A stretch of DNA of 64,000 bases from a virus. The stretch is taken from the IMG/VR virus record IMGVR_UViG_3300044732_000643, positions 6,726 through 70,725 of that record. The stretch is one strand, 5' to 3'. How positions within the stretch are numbered: position 1 is the first letter of the stretch; every line of letters starts with the position of its first letter. The position numbers and the translations under genes are program-made. The notes below the pieces were generated by a model. It had not been told where the DNA came from, made no database searches, and was given only the letters and a program-made list of their open reading frames with translations. This document shows, piece by piece, positions 8,725 through 17,574 of this stretch.

Positions 8725-9423
8725 ATGCTAAATAGTGTATTAACCATAAAGATTAAACAACGTCTGAATAAGTTAGATTCTCAGGACTATGACAACATTG
8801 AATGTTGGCAGATAGTTGAGGCATTTAATAAAGCTCAGGTAGAGTGGTCCAGAAGACAGCTTCATGGTTTAAATATAGTTAAGGAAGGTGATGAAGAGTC
8901 AACAAGAAGAATTGATGACCTTCAAGCCTTGCTTATTACATCTGAATTAGGATCTACTGATGAACAGATTGCTTTCTCTATTGGTGTTCCAGAAGATTAT
9001 TTCCAATGGAAAAGAGTAGATGCTTATGCTTCAAACCCATGCTGTGCTGATAGACGTATGGTAGTTTACTTAGCAGAAGAAGCTAACTTAAGTCAGTTAC
9101 TTAGAGATGATGCTAAGAAGCCTAGCTTTGAATGGGCAGAGACTTTTGCTACTATTAAAAATAATAGAATCTATGTTTATACTAATGGTGAATTCAATGT
9201 ATCATCAATGGCACTGACTTATTACAGACAACCAAGAAAGATTCAAGTTGAGGGTTGTGTGGATCCGTACACGGGATTACAATCTGTTACAAATGTACAG
9301 TGTGAATTTAAAGATGATATAATTGAAGTATTAATTGATGAGGCAGCTAGTATACTTGCTGGAGATATAGAATCAGGAAACCAATTCTCCAGAGGTTCTG
9401 AGACTGCAGAACGTAACAACTAA
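8725..9423 (+). CDS. Neck/tail ring protein (crAss-like ring protein family)
   Basis: 232 aa; LNKLDSQ..., FNKAQ, RRIDDLQAL, YYRQP, EVLIDEAASIL pattern typical of crAss-like ring/adaptor proteins; synteny. Confidence 0.6.
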   Translation: MLNSVLTIKIKQRLNKLDSQDYDNIECWQIVEAFNKAQVEWSRRQLHGLNIVKEGDEESTRRIDDLQALLITSELGSTDEQIAFSIGVPEDYFQWKRVDAYASNPCCADRRMVVYLAEEANLSQLLRDDAKKPSFEWAETFATIKNNRIYVYTNGEFNVSSMALTYYRQPRKIQVEGCVDPYTGLQSVTNVQCEFKDDIIEVLIDEAASILAGDIESGNQFSRGSETAERNN

Positions 9424-9426
9424 AAA

Positions 9427-9876
9427 ATGGACAAACCTAGAATGTTAAAAAGAGACTCTGCTCCCACAGCAAGTTATTCAGCACCGGCAGGAGGATCAAT
9501 TGATTCTATGACAGCAGCATGTGTATCAGAGTTAATGAATGCTGCAACAAGCTTTCACAAACTACACCTTAAAGTAACTGGTACAGGATCATTTGCTGCA
9601 CACACAGCATTGAATGATTTATATGATGCATTACCTGGACATGCTGATGCTTTGGCTGAAGGATATCAAGGAGCTTCTGAGAAGTTACTTAGTTACACAG
9701 ATGCATCACCAAGATCACTTTCATCCGTAGAAGATGGTATCAGTTATCTAAGAGACATGTATGCAATGGTAACTACCTTACAAGGTAAGATGCCTTATTC
9801 AGAACTTGTAAATAGCTTAGATACTTTGAAAGACAGTATCAACACAGCTAAGTACAAACTTATTTTCTTAAAATAA
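9427..9876 (+). CDS. Dps/ferritin-like protein (DUF5856-type phage Dps)
   Basis: HKLHLKVTGTGSFAAHTALNDLYDALPGHADALAEGYQG matches the Dps H-x2-H...H-x6-Y...D-x3-E ferroxidase pattern in a four-helix bundle. Confidence 0.8.
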   Translation: MDKPRMLKRDSAPTASYSAPAGGSIDSMTAACVSELMNAATSFHKLHLKVTGTGSFAAHTALNDLYDALPGHADALAEGYQGASEKLLSYTDASPRSLSSVEDGISYLRDMYAMVTTLQGKMPYSELVNSLDTLKDSINTAKYKLIFLK

Positions 9877-9909
9877 TTTGGAAATCTAAAAGAGATTACC
9901 TATATTATA
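9877..9909 (+). promoter_or_regulatory. Putative promoter TTTG-N20-TATATTATA
   Basis: TTTG 9877-9880, 20-nt spacer, TATATTATA 9901-9909; Bacteroidota -33/-7 geometry; same arrangement at 14231 and 16948. Confidence 0.6.
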
Positions 9910-9941
9910 GTGTATATATTTATTAACTAAAAACAAAAACA

Positions 9942-11570
9942 ATGGCTTATTTTAATCACGCCTTTAACAAAACGTTCTTGGGAACAGGTGCCACAGCATC
10001 CGGTGTTGTGTTACCTGCAGGACTTGTTACTACCGATGAAGGTTATGTAACAACACAGTATTCAATTCCTACATATGGATTGAATCAATTGCATACATCA
10101 GCAATGCAAACTGAATCACCATATGAGACTGGTTATTTTGGAGCATTCTACGCTACAGGCGCTAATGCTAACAAATCTTGGACATCTACTGATAACTGTT
10201 GCAGCATTTTCTTTGCTGGTTCAGCTATCTATGCTAATGACAAGATTGGTCCATTTGCTGGAGGTTACCAAGAGACTAACAAGTCTAAAATGGTTAACCC
10301 TAGGTATGTATCAAGATTCTACCGTGCAGATGCTTGTGAACCGTCTAATAATGTTATTCACATTGGTAACACACCATATACTGATGACCGTGTACTTTCA
10401 TTAGAAATTACTAATGATGGTGCAGGTCTAGTTGATGGAGTTTATACCGACATTCCATTAGTGTTAACGGCACCAGGATTTGGTTCAGGTGTTATTGTTA
10501 CAATTACTGTATCTGGCAACCAAGTAACATTTGTTCAAGTTACAAATGGTGGAACAGGATATACAAACGGAGCATCATTAACTACATCAGTTACTGAGCC
10601 AATCCCTGAACTTACTGGAGATGATTTTGGTATTCAACCTATATTCAAGTTAACTTCTGGAATTAGTGCAAACTGTTGCAAAGAGTTCTTGTGTGGTGAA
10701 ACTTACACTTTACGTGTAGACATCAAAGGTTCTCCAGCACTACGTTTGTTAAATCACAATGCTTATATCCTTGCTGATTTCTACACAGGATGTTGTCCTG
10801 TAGGATCTATCGCTCCAACACCAGTAGATTCTACATTGGTTATGATTGGATGGGCTGAAAGAATTGTTAACTACCCTGTAGTTTCTCCATTCCTTCTTCC
10901 TATTGTAATTGACCAAGATGGAGATGCATGGTACAAGCCAGGAACATTAGATATATTTGGACAACCGGTAGGAAACACTTGGGATAAGTATATATCTCCA
11001 GGATACCAAGATGGCGACTGTGCAGGTTTGATCCTTAACGGAGCTTATGTTGATACTAAGTTTGGTGATTGTACTTTCCAAGTGTCTGATTTCTATGAAA
11101 AAGAGCCTGTACGTTTGTACGCTTCTGAAGTAGATTTGAATGGTGATCCTTGTACATTTGATGGAATCTGTGTTATTACAGAATGTGAGCCAAGACAAGC
11201 AAATGGATTTGGTGAGACAGTTCTACGTGACTTGATTCTTTCTGAGAAATACCGTCAGAACTTCTTCTCTAGTGACTTCCGTATCAGAGAGATCACTCAA
11301 GGAAACCAGATTGTAAATGTTATTGACCGTAATGCATTGTATACTAAGTACTACTTGTTACACAATGTTCCACGTTTCAACAACCCATCTGGAACATTTG
11401 ATAATGATCAGTACTTGCTTGAGTTCATTACTCTTACAGACATTGTATCATTTGAAGATGACATTATTAATTGGTTAGATACATGTGGTACTCTTTGTGA
11501 GTTTGAAGTATACGACTGCCCACGCGCATGTGAGCCAATTGTACCAGTTGTACCAGGCGGCTTGTTGTAA
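9942..11570 (+). CDS. Abundant virion structural protein (auxiliary capsid or tail protein), Cys-rich
   Basis: 542 aa; own promoter-like site, A-rich leader and downstream terminator; MCP-like codon usage; ends in HNVPRFNNPSGTFDNDQYLLE. Confidence 0.6.
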   Translation: MAYFNHAFNKTFLGTGATASGVVLPAGLVTTDEGYVTTQYSIPTYGLNQLHTSAMQTESPYETGYFGAFYATGANANKSWTSTDNCCSIFFAGSAIYANDKIGPFAGGYQETNKSKMVNPRYVSRFYRADACEPSNNVIHIGNTPYTDDRVLSLEITNDGAGLVDGVYTDIPLVLTAPGFGSGVIVTITVSGNQVTFVQVTNGGTGYTNGASLTTSVTEPIPELTGDDFGIQPIFKLTSGISANCCKEFLCGETYTLRVDIKGSPALRLLNHNAYILADFYTGCCPVGSIAPTPVDSTLVMIGWAERIVNYPVVSPFLLPIVIDQDGDAWYKPGTLDIFGQPVGNTWDKYISPGYQDGDCAGLILNGAYVDTKFGDCTFQVSDFYEKEPVRLYASEVDLNGDPCTFDGICVITECEPRQANGFGETVLRDLILSEKYRQNFFSSDFRIREITQGNQIVNVIDRNALYTKYYLLHNVPRFNNPSGTFDNDQYLLEFITLTDIVSFEDDIINWLDTCGTLCEFEVYDCPRACEPIVPVVPGGLL

Positions 11571-11595
11571 ATTAATTTTATCATAAACTAGAATC

Positions 11596-11636
11596 GGGAG
11601 AGTGAGAGTTCCAAACTCTTCTCTCCCTTTCTTTTT
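11596..11636 (+). terminator. Intrinsic terminator
   Basis: GGGAGAGtGAGAGTT-CCA-AACTCTTCTCTCCC stem followed by TTTCTTTTT. Confidence 0.85.
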
Positions 11637-11647
11637 ATATCATACCC

Positions 11648-12190
11648 ATGGCAAATCATGTATTAAGTTTAGAGGTACCTACGGTAATGAATAACTGTAT
11701 CTTATCAATTAATGATACAAGTGTTTACGCTACTCTAGTTCCTGTTGTCTGCGCTACACTAAATGTAACAGTTCCAGGTTTTGCTTATTCTAATCAGATT
11801 GATGTAACTCCTGGATTTAACCAGATTCTTACAGCATGTGATTTAGGATTACAATCTACAGGATGTGGAACAACCTATGTACCATTAGCAGATGGTATTT
11901 ATATCATTAAGTACAGTGTGTCTCCAAATGATGTAGTGTATGTAGAGTACAATCATTTGAGAATTACACAAGCTCTTATTAGATACAACAAAGCATTATG
12001 TGCTCTGGATCTAGCAGCATGTGAGCCACCGGCTAAAGTTCAGGAGAAACTAGAAAGACTGAGAATGATCAAAATGTATTTGGACGCTGCTAAAGCTAAA
12101 GTAGAATTTTGTCATGAGCCACAAAAAGGCATGAGCTTATATAACTATGCAATCAAACTTTTGAATAAATTTGATTGTAAAAATTGTTAA
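11648..12190 (+). CDS. Structural protein (Ig-like N-terminal part plus helical C-terminus; possible tail hub)
   Basis: 180 aa; LADGIYIIKYSVSP beta-sandwich motif; Cys-rich; synteny. Confidence 0.5.
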   Translation: MANHVLSLEVPTVMNNCILSINDTSVYATLVPVVCATLNVTVPGFAYSNQIDVTPGFNQILTACDLGLQSTGCGTTYVPLADGIYIIKYSVSPNDVVYVEYNHLRITQALIRYNKALCALDLAACEPPAKVQEKLERLRMIKMYLDAAKAKVEFCHEPQKGMSLYNYAIKLLNKFDCKNC

Positions 12191-12208
12191 TCATCAAAAA
12201 CCAACAAA

Positions 12209-12412
12209 ATGTCAAAATGTTCAAACTGTGGAGCAACCTTAAGTTGTGGATGTCAGAAGAGAAAAGCATCTAATGGAACTTCAGCATGTGCTAATTGTAT
12301 TGGAAAAATTGAAGCCGGTGCAATACAAAAAACTATTAAGCCTTTGGCTAAGCCATTGATCAATGCTCCTCAGCATAGCGCATGGGGACCAAATAGATAT
12401 AAGAAAACCTAA
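12209..12412 (+). CDS. Small Cys-rich (Zn-binding-like) protein
   Basis: 67 aa; CSNC...CGC...CANC; AAACCAACAAA leader. Confidence 0.65.
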   Translation: MSKCSNCGATLSCGCQKRKASNGTSACANCIGKIEAGAIQKTIKPLAKPLINAPQHSAWGPNRYKKT

Positions 12413-12417
12413 GTAAA

Positions 12418-14244
12418 ATGTCATACGCATATTACCCAGTCATACCATGTGGACAACAATCAGCCATTGCTTTTATAAGTAATGATGCTCCTAGTTATCC
12501 TGGTTTCTTTATAAGATTCCTATCAGGAGTTCCTGCTGAGTTTCTGGGAGTATGTTTTCACGTTGATCCAGGAGCAGTAGGTACTGAGAATGTAGCTATT
12601 GATTGGACTCCAGTCACTGGGGCACAATATGAAACATTCACAACATGTGAAGCTTGTGGTATAGCACCACCTCCACCTCCTCCAGATTATGTTACATATC
12701 AGTTTGATGCTTGTTGTGGGGGAACCCCGTTGATCTATAGTATTGATTCTAATACTATTGTTGATGGTGATGTATACTTATATACAGGTCCTTCTGTAGG
12801 TCCATTAGTTCCAGGTTGTTATACACTTACACGTTTAGGAAGCACGGTAGCATTTCCTTTTGTAGATCCATTTGATCTTGCAGAAATAAATAGTTGTGCT
12901 GATCCTATATGTCAATCTTATTGTAGCCCTTGTCAGTGTTATGCTTTTACTTCTAAAGCACCAGGAGGTTCAGTAGATGCTCTAGATTGTAATGGTGATC
13001 TTGTTACAATCATAGTAGCTCCTAACAGTACTTCTGATAAATATTGCTTATCTAAAATAATAAGTCTCAGCGGTGTAGTTCCTATATCATACGGCCTATG
13101 TGCTTTTATTAATGGGGAACATACGTGTGCAGATTGTTATACGCTATTAGATTGTGAAGGTATACTTGATCCAATAACTTCAACTAATCCTGCATTAGCA
13201 CAGTATGCAGGTACAGGGCAGAGTATTCAAATAGAAGGTTCGGATACATGCTGGAATGTTATATTTGATGATAAGGAATTCTGTGATTGTGCTGTAAATA
13301 CAACTGTACAGTTTGTGTATCAATCATGTTTAGAATGTAATTATCCACAAGCTTACAAAGTTACTGAGTGTAATACAGGTGCTGTAATTTATACAACATC
13401 TGATTTATCAACTTATGTAAACACAGGCGCTACTCTTAGTTTAGATTGTGGAGGTTGTTGGTTTATAGAAGAGATAGAAGGTATTCCTCCATCTGATCAA
13501 CCTGTAACTGTAATTGATAGTTATACTGATTGTGTAAAATGTAATACAACTTACTATACACTCATTAAGTGTGGTGATAGTTCAGATAGAATTTATACAA
13601 TAACTGATTTATCTACTCTTGTTGGTCAAGTTATTACTCTGCAGTTTTGTCCAGGTGAATGCTGGCAAGTAATAGAAGGAGGAGAAGAAGGTGGTATAGT
13701 ATTACCTGAGAATTCTTATGATACTTGTTCTGAATGTATGTTGGCTAATAATACATGTCAATGTCAAACAGTAACAAACAATGTAGGAGCAGGACTTAGG
13801 TTTAATTATTATGACTGTAGTGGTGTACTACGTATTACTCCATCATTAGCTTTAGGGGCAACTACAGCTAAGACATGTATGTTAGCGTTTACTAATGCTG
13901 ACCCAGCTGATGTTACTAATTATGGTGACTGTACACTTAATGTATGTCCACCAGAACCGTCACCTATTCTATACAGAGCTGTAACACCGGGTTATGGAAC
14001 TGCAGTATGTAGTACGGAATACTATGAGACAGTAGTATGTGCATTCTCTGAATGGATGTATAAAGATGTATTAGAACAAAGATATGGAATTGCAAACTGT
14101 TGCCCAGATGAACTCATGAGATGGGAAATCAAGCATGAGATGTTAATGCTTGATATACTAGTTAATCCAAACTATGTATGCCAAGGAGTAAGTGGATGTG
14201 GTTGTAATGAAACGCATACTCCACCACGTCCTTGCAATTCTTGA
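12418..14244 (+). CDS. Cys-rich repetitive virion protein (fibre/decoration-like)
   Basis: 608 aa; about five Y-x4-C...C[WFY]...CxxC modules and two CQC...DC.G...C...YG.C modules. Confidence 0.7.
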   Translation: MSYAYYPVIPCGQQSAIAFISNDAPSYPGFFIRFLSGVPAEFLGVCFHVDPGAVGTENVAIDWTPVTGAQYETFTTCEACGIAPPPPPPDYVTYQFDACCGGTPLIYSIDSNTIVDGDVYLYTGPSVGPLVPGCYTLTRLGSTVAFPFVDPFDLAEINSCADPICQSYCSPCQCYAFTSKAPGGSVDALDCNGDLVTIIVAPNSTSDKYCLSKIISLSGVVPISYGLCAFINGEHTCADCYTLLDCEGILDPITSTNPALAQYAGTGQSIQIEGSDTCWNVIFDDKEFCDCAVNTTVQFVYQSCLECNYPQAYKVTECNTGAVIYTTSDLSTYVNTGATLSLDCGGCWFIEEIEGIPPSDQPVTVIDSYTDCVKCNTTYYTLIKCGDSSDRIYTITDLSTLVGQVITLQFCPGECWQVIEGGEEGGIVLPENSYDTCSECMLANNTCQCQTVTNNVGAGLRFNYYDCSGVLRITPSLALGATTAKTCMLAFTNADPADVTNYGDCTLNVCPPEPSPILYRAVTPGYGTAVCSTEYYETVVCAFSEWMYKDVLEQRYGIANCCPDELMRWEIKHEMLMLDILVNPNYVCQGVSGCGCNETHTPPRPCNS

Positions 14245-14263
14245 GAATAATTTGTATATTATA
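14231..14263 (+). promoter_or_regulatory. Putative promoter CTTG-N20-TATATTATA
   Basis: CTTG 14231-14234, 20-nt spacer, TATATTATA 14255-14263, 14 nt before ATG 14278. Confidence 0.6.
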
Positions 14264-14277
14264 AATATATGTAAAGT

Positions 14278-15942
14278 ATGAGACCGTTAAATTTAGATAA
14301 CTCACCATGTACACCAACCGCAAGTAATTGCGTGATTTGGTCTGGGCCCAATATTCCTTGTATCAAACTATGTACTGGTGATACAATTTCTGACGTAGTA
14401 TTTAAGTTGGCTACAGAGTTGTGTACTCTTCTTGATCAGACTAATGTTACTACTTATGATCTTGCATGCTTTAACTTAGCAGCCTGTCCTCCAACTACAT
14501 TTGATCAGTTGATTCAATTGTTGATTGACAAGATTTGTGCACTAGAAAATATTGATCTTACAACTACGACTACAACAACCAGTACAACTTCCCCAGGCAA
14601 AAGCACAACCTCAAGCGCACTGGTATCTGATTACTTGCTTACGGCTGCACCTTGTCTGGGTGGTGGTACTATTGGATTGGTAGACTATGTGAATTTGATT
14701 GCTACAAGACTTTGTGAAATTGTAACAGAGATTACTGTAATTAATGCTGCAATTAACTCATTAGACATTAGAGTTATTGCTCTTGAGTCAGCACCAGTAC
14801 CAGTATTTGTATTACCAACGTTTACACTTCAATGTGCAATTAGTACTTTGCCAGCATTGTCTGTTCAAGCAATTGATACTGTATTGGAAGCATTCATTAA
14901 TGATGAGTGGTGTCCATACAAAGCAACGTTTGGAACTTATAGCAATTTGTCTACAGCAGTAACCAGTCAATGTGTTTCTGCTCTTGATGATGCATTAGCT
15001 GCTCAATATAGTTCTCCGGGAACTACAATGCTTGGACAGTATCCAGCTTACATTGGAACACCCACTACAGTAGCGGATGCAATAAACAATATTTGGATTG
15101 CTCTATGTGATGCACGTAATGCAGGAAAAGCAGATACTACAGTAACAGCTGGAGATAATGTAACTGTTACACCTACAGTAACAGTAGTAGGTGCTAATCA
15201 AACAACAGACTATTTAATTGATGGAAAAGATACTGTAGTTGCGGCAGGAGATAACATTACTATTACGCCAGCTGGACCAGTTGCAGGAGTCACTACTTAT
15301 ACAGTAGATGGATTAAGTACAGTAGTAACTGGAGCTGATGATATTGTAGTAACACCAACAGGACCGGTAGCGGGAGTTACAACTTATGCAATCTCAAGAC
15401 CTAAACAAAACTTTTTTGATCAAGTAGTAGGGTGGGCTGATGTACAATTTGATCCAGGACCAGCAACTTACCATTTTCCATTAGGTTATTCAGGTTTAAC
15501 TTATACAAATGCTACTGGAGCAACTAAGACGTTTGCAGTTCATGTGAATTATGATACAAGTTTAACAGGTCCTGGTACAACATTGAATAACAACATTAAC
15601 TTGATTAACTGGTTAGACGGTGCTATCATTAAAACTGTTGTCGGTGTTGATACTGTACAGTATGAAAGCTTTGCCGGAAGATTGGATATCAGTGGTTCAT
15701 TATTTAACGGAATCTTAGCAACAGATATTGTAAACTTGACTAGTACAGAAACTGTAGTAACTACACCTGGCAATTATCCTGTTGAGTTTAGATTTTTGAA
15801 TGGTGAGATACAAAGAAACATTGCTTTCTTCTCTATGGTAACTTTGAATAATGGAGAATCAGTTAGTCTTAAGTTTAAGGCAAAGGATGCGCTGACACCT
15901 GCACTCCTTGGTAGAGCTCAGATTCTTGTAACAGAATTATAA
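14278..15942 (+). CDS. Fibre-like structural protein
   Basis: 554 aa; N-terminal CVIWSGPNIPC motif, Thr-rich linker, coiled coil (INAAINSLDIRVIALES), three TV[TV]..D[ND][VI]..TP...TT.Y repeats, beta-rich C-terminal head. Confidence 0.65.
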   Translation: MRPLNLDNSPCTPTASNCVIWSGPNIPCIKLCTGDTISDVVFKLATELCTLLDQTNVTTYDLACFNLAACPPTTFDQLIQLLIDKICALENIDLTTTTTTTSTTSPGKSTTSSALVSDYLLTAAPCLGGGTIGLVDYVNLIATRLCEIVTEITVINAAINSLDIRVIALESAPVPVFVLPTFTLQCAISTLPALSVQAIDTVLEAFINDEWCPYKATFGTYSNLSTAVTSQCVSALDDALAAQYSSPGTTMLGQYPAYIGTPTTVADAINNIWIALCDARNAGKADTTVTAGDNVTVTPTVTVVGANQTTDYLIDGKDTVVAAGDNITITPAGPVAGVTTYTVDGLSTVVTGADDIVVTPTGPVAGVTTYAISRPKQNFFDQVVGWADVQFDPGPATYHFPLGYSGLTYTNATGATKTFAVHVNYDTSLTGPGTTLNNNINLINWLDGAIIKTVVGVDTVQYESFAGRLDISGSLFNGILATDIVNLTSTETVVTTPGNYPVEFRFLNGEIQRNIAFFSMVTLNNGESVSLKFKAKDALTPALLGRAQILVTEL

Positions 15943-15952
15943 TATTTAAAAG

Positions 15953-16864
15953 ATGGCAACTAATTGCACAAACTGCGGATGCAGTAATATTAATTGTGGA
16001 TGTAAAGATTCATTTCTAACTACACCACCACCTTGTCCAACTCCTGAAGGTTGTCCAGATAGACAACCCTGTTCAGAAATATTTGATGCACAGTGTGTAG
16101 TTTATACTGGACCTGATTTACAGTGTGGATTAGATGATGTTGTACTAACTAACACTCCACTTAATCTTGCTTTAGAAGATATCATTGGTTACTTCTGTGA
16201 AAACACAACGGTAAGTCAAAATCTAATTTGTGGATCAGATACAGTTGTAACAGCAGGTACTCCTATTGTTCAAGCTATAAGTGACGTAGTAGAATATTTT
16301 TGTGAAAACCTTGGTGGAGGCACGGTAATAGTTGATGGAGGTAATGGTGTTAATGTTACATCAAATACTGTTGGTGATATAACAACGTATACAATAGAGA
16401 CACTGGGTGCTTTTTTAGCACAAAGTTTTCCAGAACCGCTACCTAACCAAGTTCCCGCGGCAGGCTTAAATCTGTATAGCGGTGTTACTCAAAACATGGC
16501 TGAGCAATATGATGATGACAATGCATATAGTCAAGTTACTGGTCTTTGGACATGTCCTGCAGATGGAAGATATAACTTAAGCTTTTATGTACATCTATCA
16601 AATGAAACTATTTCAGTTGTAACAGGTTTTGCAAGTGGAATGGTTGTAGCAGGTATAGTTAACGAAGGTACTGTAGGTTACTATGCAATAAACACAATGG
16701 CAGTAAATCAAATTGTTAGGCATATTGATATTACAGGACAAGCACTTGGGATAGAGTTAACTGCTGGAACACAACTAAAATTTAATATACTCAACTTAAC
16801 AAATGTTAACTATTCATTCTGGGCAGGTGATGTAGCTAGATGGGGAGTTCAAAGAGTTGGATAA
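15953..16864 (+). CDS. Fibre-like protein with C-terminal C1q/BclA-like domain
   Basis: 303 aa; Cys-rich N-terminus, CVVYTGPDLQC (paralogous to 14278 N-terminus), YDDDNAYSQVTGLWTCPADGRYNLSF gC1q-like signature. Confidence 0.65.
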   Translation: MATNCTNCGCSNINCGCKDSFLTTPPPCPTPEGCPDRQPCSEIFDAQCVVYTGPDLQCGLDDVVLTNTPLNLALEDIIGYFCENTTVSQNLICGSDTVVTAGTPIVQAISDVVEYFCENLGGGTVIVDGGNGVNVTSNTVGDITTYTIETLGAFLAQSFPEPLPNQVPAAGLNLYSGVTQNMAEQYDDDNAYSQVTGLWTCPADGRYNLSFYVHLSNETISVVTGFASGMVVAGIVNEGTVGYYAINTMAVNQIVRHIDITGQALGIELTAGTQLKFNILNLTNVNYSFWAGDVARWGVQRVG

Positions 16865-16904
16865 GATATGTCGCGGTTAGTTGGTTTCTGTGACTGACAA
16901 GTGG

Positions 16905-16934
16905 GAACCCCGGGCAAATGAGCCTGGGGTTTTC
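16905..16934 (+). terminator. Intrinsic terminator
   Basis: GAACCCCGGGC-AAATGA-GCCTGGGGTTT stem followed by T-rich sequence. Confidence 0.8.
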
Positions 16935-16947
16935 TATATTTAGTATA

Positions 16948-16980
16948 TTTGCTTAACTTGATTATTTTTCGTATATTAAA
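16948..16980 (+). promoter_or_regulatory. Putative promoter TTTG-N20-TATATTAAA
   Basis: TTTG 16948-16951, 20-nt spacer, TATATTAAA 16972-16980, directly after the terminator and before ATG 16990. Confidence 0.6.
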
Positions 16981-16989
16981 TAGTATAGA

Positions 16990-17574
16990 ATGGCTAGAGA
17001 ATTTAGAGTACCAGATGTCAAAGCTCCAAGGTTTAGACAAGATGCAGTGAATGTAATAGACAAAGAGTTCTTTGCAAGGTTTAAGGAGAAACATCCAAAA
17101 CACAAAAACATCAGTGAAGCTCAGATAAGAGAATTAATTAAAAGCTTCAATGAAACACTTTGGGAAACTGTAATTGAAACAAGAGATGGTGTACAGTTAC
17201 CAGAGGGACTAGGTATGATATTTATTGCTACCTGTCAAAGTAGTGGCGGTAGAAATATAGACTATGCTAAGTCTAGAAAGTATGGTATAGCTGTTAGCAA
17301 TAACAATTGGGAAACAGATGGTAAGCTAGCTAAGATATTTTATACAAGTTATGCAAGTAAGTACAAGTTTGCCTTCAGAGAATGTTGGAGCTTTACTGCA
17401 TGCAGGAATTTTAAAAGAGCTGTAGCTAAAGCGTATCCTGAGAACTGGAACATGTATGTTCAGGTTGATGCAACAAAGAAACTCAGGAAACTATACACAG
17501 CTATTACTTTAAAAAACATGAACATAAAAGAGCAAAATGCTCAGTTGAATACATATAATGAATTTGATCTATGA
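16990..17574 (+). CDS. IHF/HU-like DNA-binding protein
   Basis: ISEAQIRELIKSFNETLWETVIETRDGVQLPEGLGMIFI resembles the HU/IHF helix-helix-GFG-strand pattern; crAss-like phages carry an IHF-like gene beside tail ring genes. Confidence 0.6.
   Translation: MAREFRVPDVKAPRFRQDAVNVIDKEFFARFKEKHPKHKNISEAQIRELIKSFNETLWETVIETRDGVQLPEGLGMIFIATCQSSGGRNIDYAKSRKYGIAVSNNNWETDGKLAKIFYTSYASKYKFAFRECWSFTACRNFKRAVAKAYPENWNMYVQVDATKKLRKLYTAITLKNMNIKEQNAQLNTYNEFDL

Noticed and set aside
15135-15400. DNA direct repeats (GGACCAGTTGCAGGAGTCACTACTTAT / GGACCGGTAGCGGGAGTTACAACTTAT) as CRISPR or DGR template/variable repeats
   Set aside because: In-frame protein shaft repeats differing at synonymous positions; no spacer array, no reverse transcriptase, differences not adenine-specific
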